In this document: positions 63,091-64,000 of the stretch, in pieces
How positions within the stretch are numbered: position 1 is the stretch's first letter
How the letters are laid out: each line of letters opens with the position of its first letter
Source of the DNA: a virus
Taxonomy: Duplodnaviria; Caudoviricetes
Virus record (IMG/VR): IMGVR_UViG_2895847146_000001
Location: 32,001-96,000 of that record
DNA: 64,000 nucleotides
Strand: one strand, 5' to 3'
Made by a program: the position numbers and the translations under genes
Notes under the pieces: model-generated
The model's database searches: none
Told to the model about the DNA's origin: nothing
Seen by the model: only the letters and a program-made list of their open reading frames with translations

Positions 63091-63816
63091 TTATTCGCCT
63101 TTTTCTGCTTGATACTGCCCAAACTGCTGCACGGCAGCGTCGCGTCCTTCCACGCCCAGGATTTTCAGCGCCCGGGCAATCAACTCGTTTTCGTTGGCCT
63201 CGGGCCAGCCGTGGTCTACACTGTTGGCGTCGTCATACGTTGGCTCGCCTTCCGCATCACGGATGATTTCGCCTTGGGAGTCGAGTTTCAGCGCGTAGCG
63301 GGGTTCGGGCGGCAAGGCCAGGTAGCCGAAGGTGACGGCGGCCACGTCCTTGGGGTAGAGCTGGTAGCCCTTGTCTACCACGGCGATAATCGGGTACTCA
63401 GCCGTGGGCGCGTTTACGGGGCTTTTCAGGCGGAAGGCCAGCTGGTTGTCGTTGACAATGCGGGCGGTTTCCTCGGCCCCGGGCACGTCGAAGGCCGTGG
63501 GCCGCACATAGCCCTTGGGAAAGGGAATGAACCCGTTGGCGAGCTTCACGGCCGGGGCAGTGGGAGAAACCGCGTAGTCCTGGCTCTTTTTGAAGGGGTG
63601 CAGGGCCACGTTAATGGTCGTGTTCAGCTGGTAACCCTCGCGGGGAATGGGCCGGCCGGGAGCGTACTCCGAAACCGGCCCATTGTAGTGCGCAAACAAC
63701 TCCCGGGAGGCTACCAGCAGGGCGTCGTCAATCTCGGGGTCAGTACTATAGCCCCGGGTCTGGTTGACCATCTGCTTGAGAAAGCGATGCACGAAATAGA
63801 TCCGCTTGTTAGCCAT
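63091..63816 (-). CDS. Putative tail ring / adaptor protein
   Basis: GY....EID..L..AS..LF, APT.EYP, YL..P..P, YD...S....WP......L....L..LGV. Confidence 0.65.
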   Translation of the reverse strand: MANKRIYFVHRFLKQMVNQTRGYSTDPEIDDALLVASRELFAHYNGPVSEYAPGRPIPREGYQLNTTINVALHPFKKSQDYAVSPTAPAVKLANGFIPFPKGYVRPTAFDVPGAEETARIVNDNQLAFRLKSPVNAPTAEYPIIAVVDKGYQLYPKDVAAVTFGYLALPPEPRYALKLDSQGEIIRDAEGEPTYDDANSVDHGWPEANENELIARALKILGVEGRDAAVQQFGQYQAEKGE

Positions 63817-63827
63817 TCCCTCGTTGC

Positions 63828-64000
63828 TTATTTATTCTTTTCGCGCTGGGCTACCGCTTTCTCGATAGCCTTCTTAATCGGCTCGTGGTTGGGCAGAATC
63901 AGGAAGTCCGCCATTGCATCCTCCACTTTCTGGCCCGGCAGCACGATGCACAGGAACTTGCGCTCAGGCAGCAATACCCACTGCGCCTGCTGGCGGTCAT
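63828..64000 (-). CDS. Structural-region protein, C-terminal part (truncated by window)
   Basis: Open frame ...WVLLPERKFLCIVLPGQKVEDAMADFL... ending at TAA 63828-63830. Confidence 0.55.
   Translation of the reverse strand, partial: DRQQAQWVLLPERKFLCIVLPGQKVEDAMADFLILPNHEPIKKAIEKAVAQREKNK

Larger units (their letters stand above)
10716..64000. mobile_element. Prophage 2 (partial): temperate podovirus-like phage with lambdoid-type control and crAss-like tail genes
   Basis: int, CI/Cro, ERF, initiator, DnaB, RusA, tRNAs, lysis, fibres, ejection, nozzle and ring genes in coherent order. Confidence 0.9.

Overview
GC-rich Bacteroidota DNA (Hymenobacter-like; inferred from composition, TAnnTTTG promoter boxes and protein families). 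It consists almost entirely of two prophages placed back to back around a host tRNA-Ser(TGA) at 10586-10670. The left prophage (1-~10585, partial) carries a structural tail-end, portal, adaptor, holin/GH19 endolysin/u-spanin, AT-rich morons and a tyrosine integrase. The right prophage (from an att-like tRNA-Ser 3' remnant at 10716-10730 to beyond the window end) has an integrase, a CI/Cro switch, a Tad2-like anti-defence gene, ERF, an iteron-containing initiator, DnaB, SSB and RusA. Its reverse-strand late arm holds a tRNA/structured-RNA cluster, lysis genes, Ig/FN3 fibres, a depolymerase, large ejection proteins and crAss-like/podoviral nozzle and ring proteins. The most unusual signals are four. 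(1) A stand-alone copy of the phage's own CI C-terminal domain lacks both catalytic residues and sits divergent from an RHH repressor (candidate repressor-mimic antirepressor). (2) A 25-bp palindrome occurs 10 times at six promoters, mostly as pairs 32-33 bp apart. (3) FN3-like domains appear to be split between a fibre protein and two downstream receptor-binding proteins. (4) Several ornate or tRNA-like non-coding RNAs lie in and near the tRNA cluster. All calls are by eye; no database searches were run.
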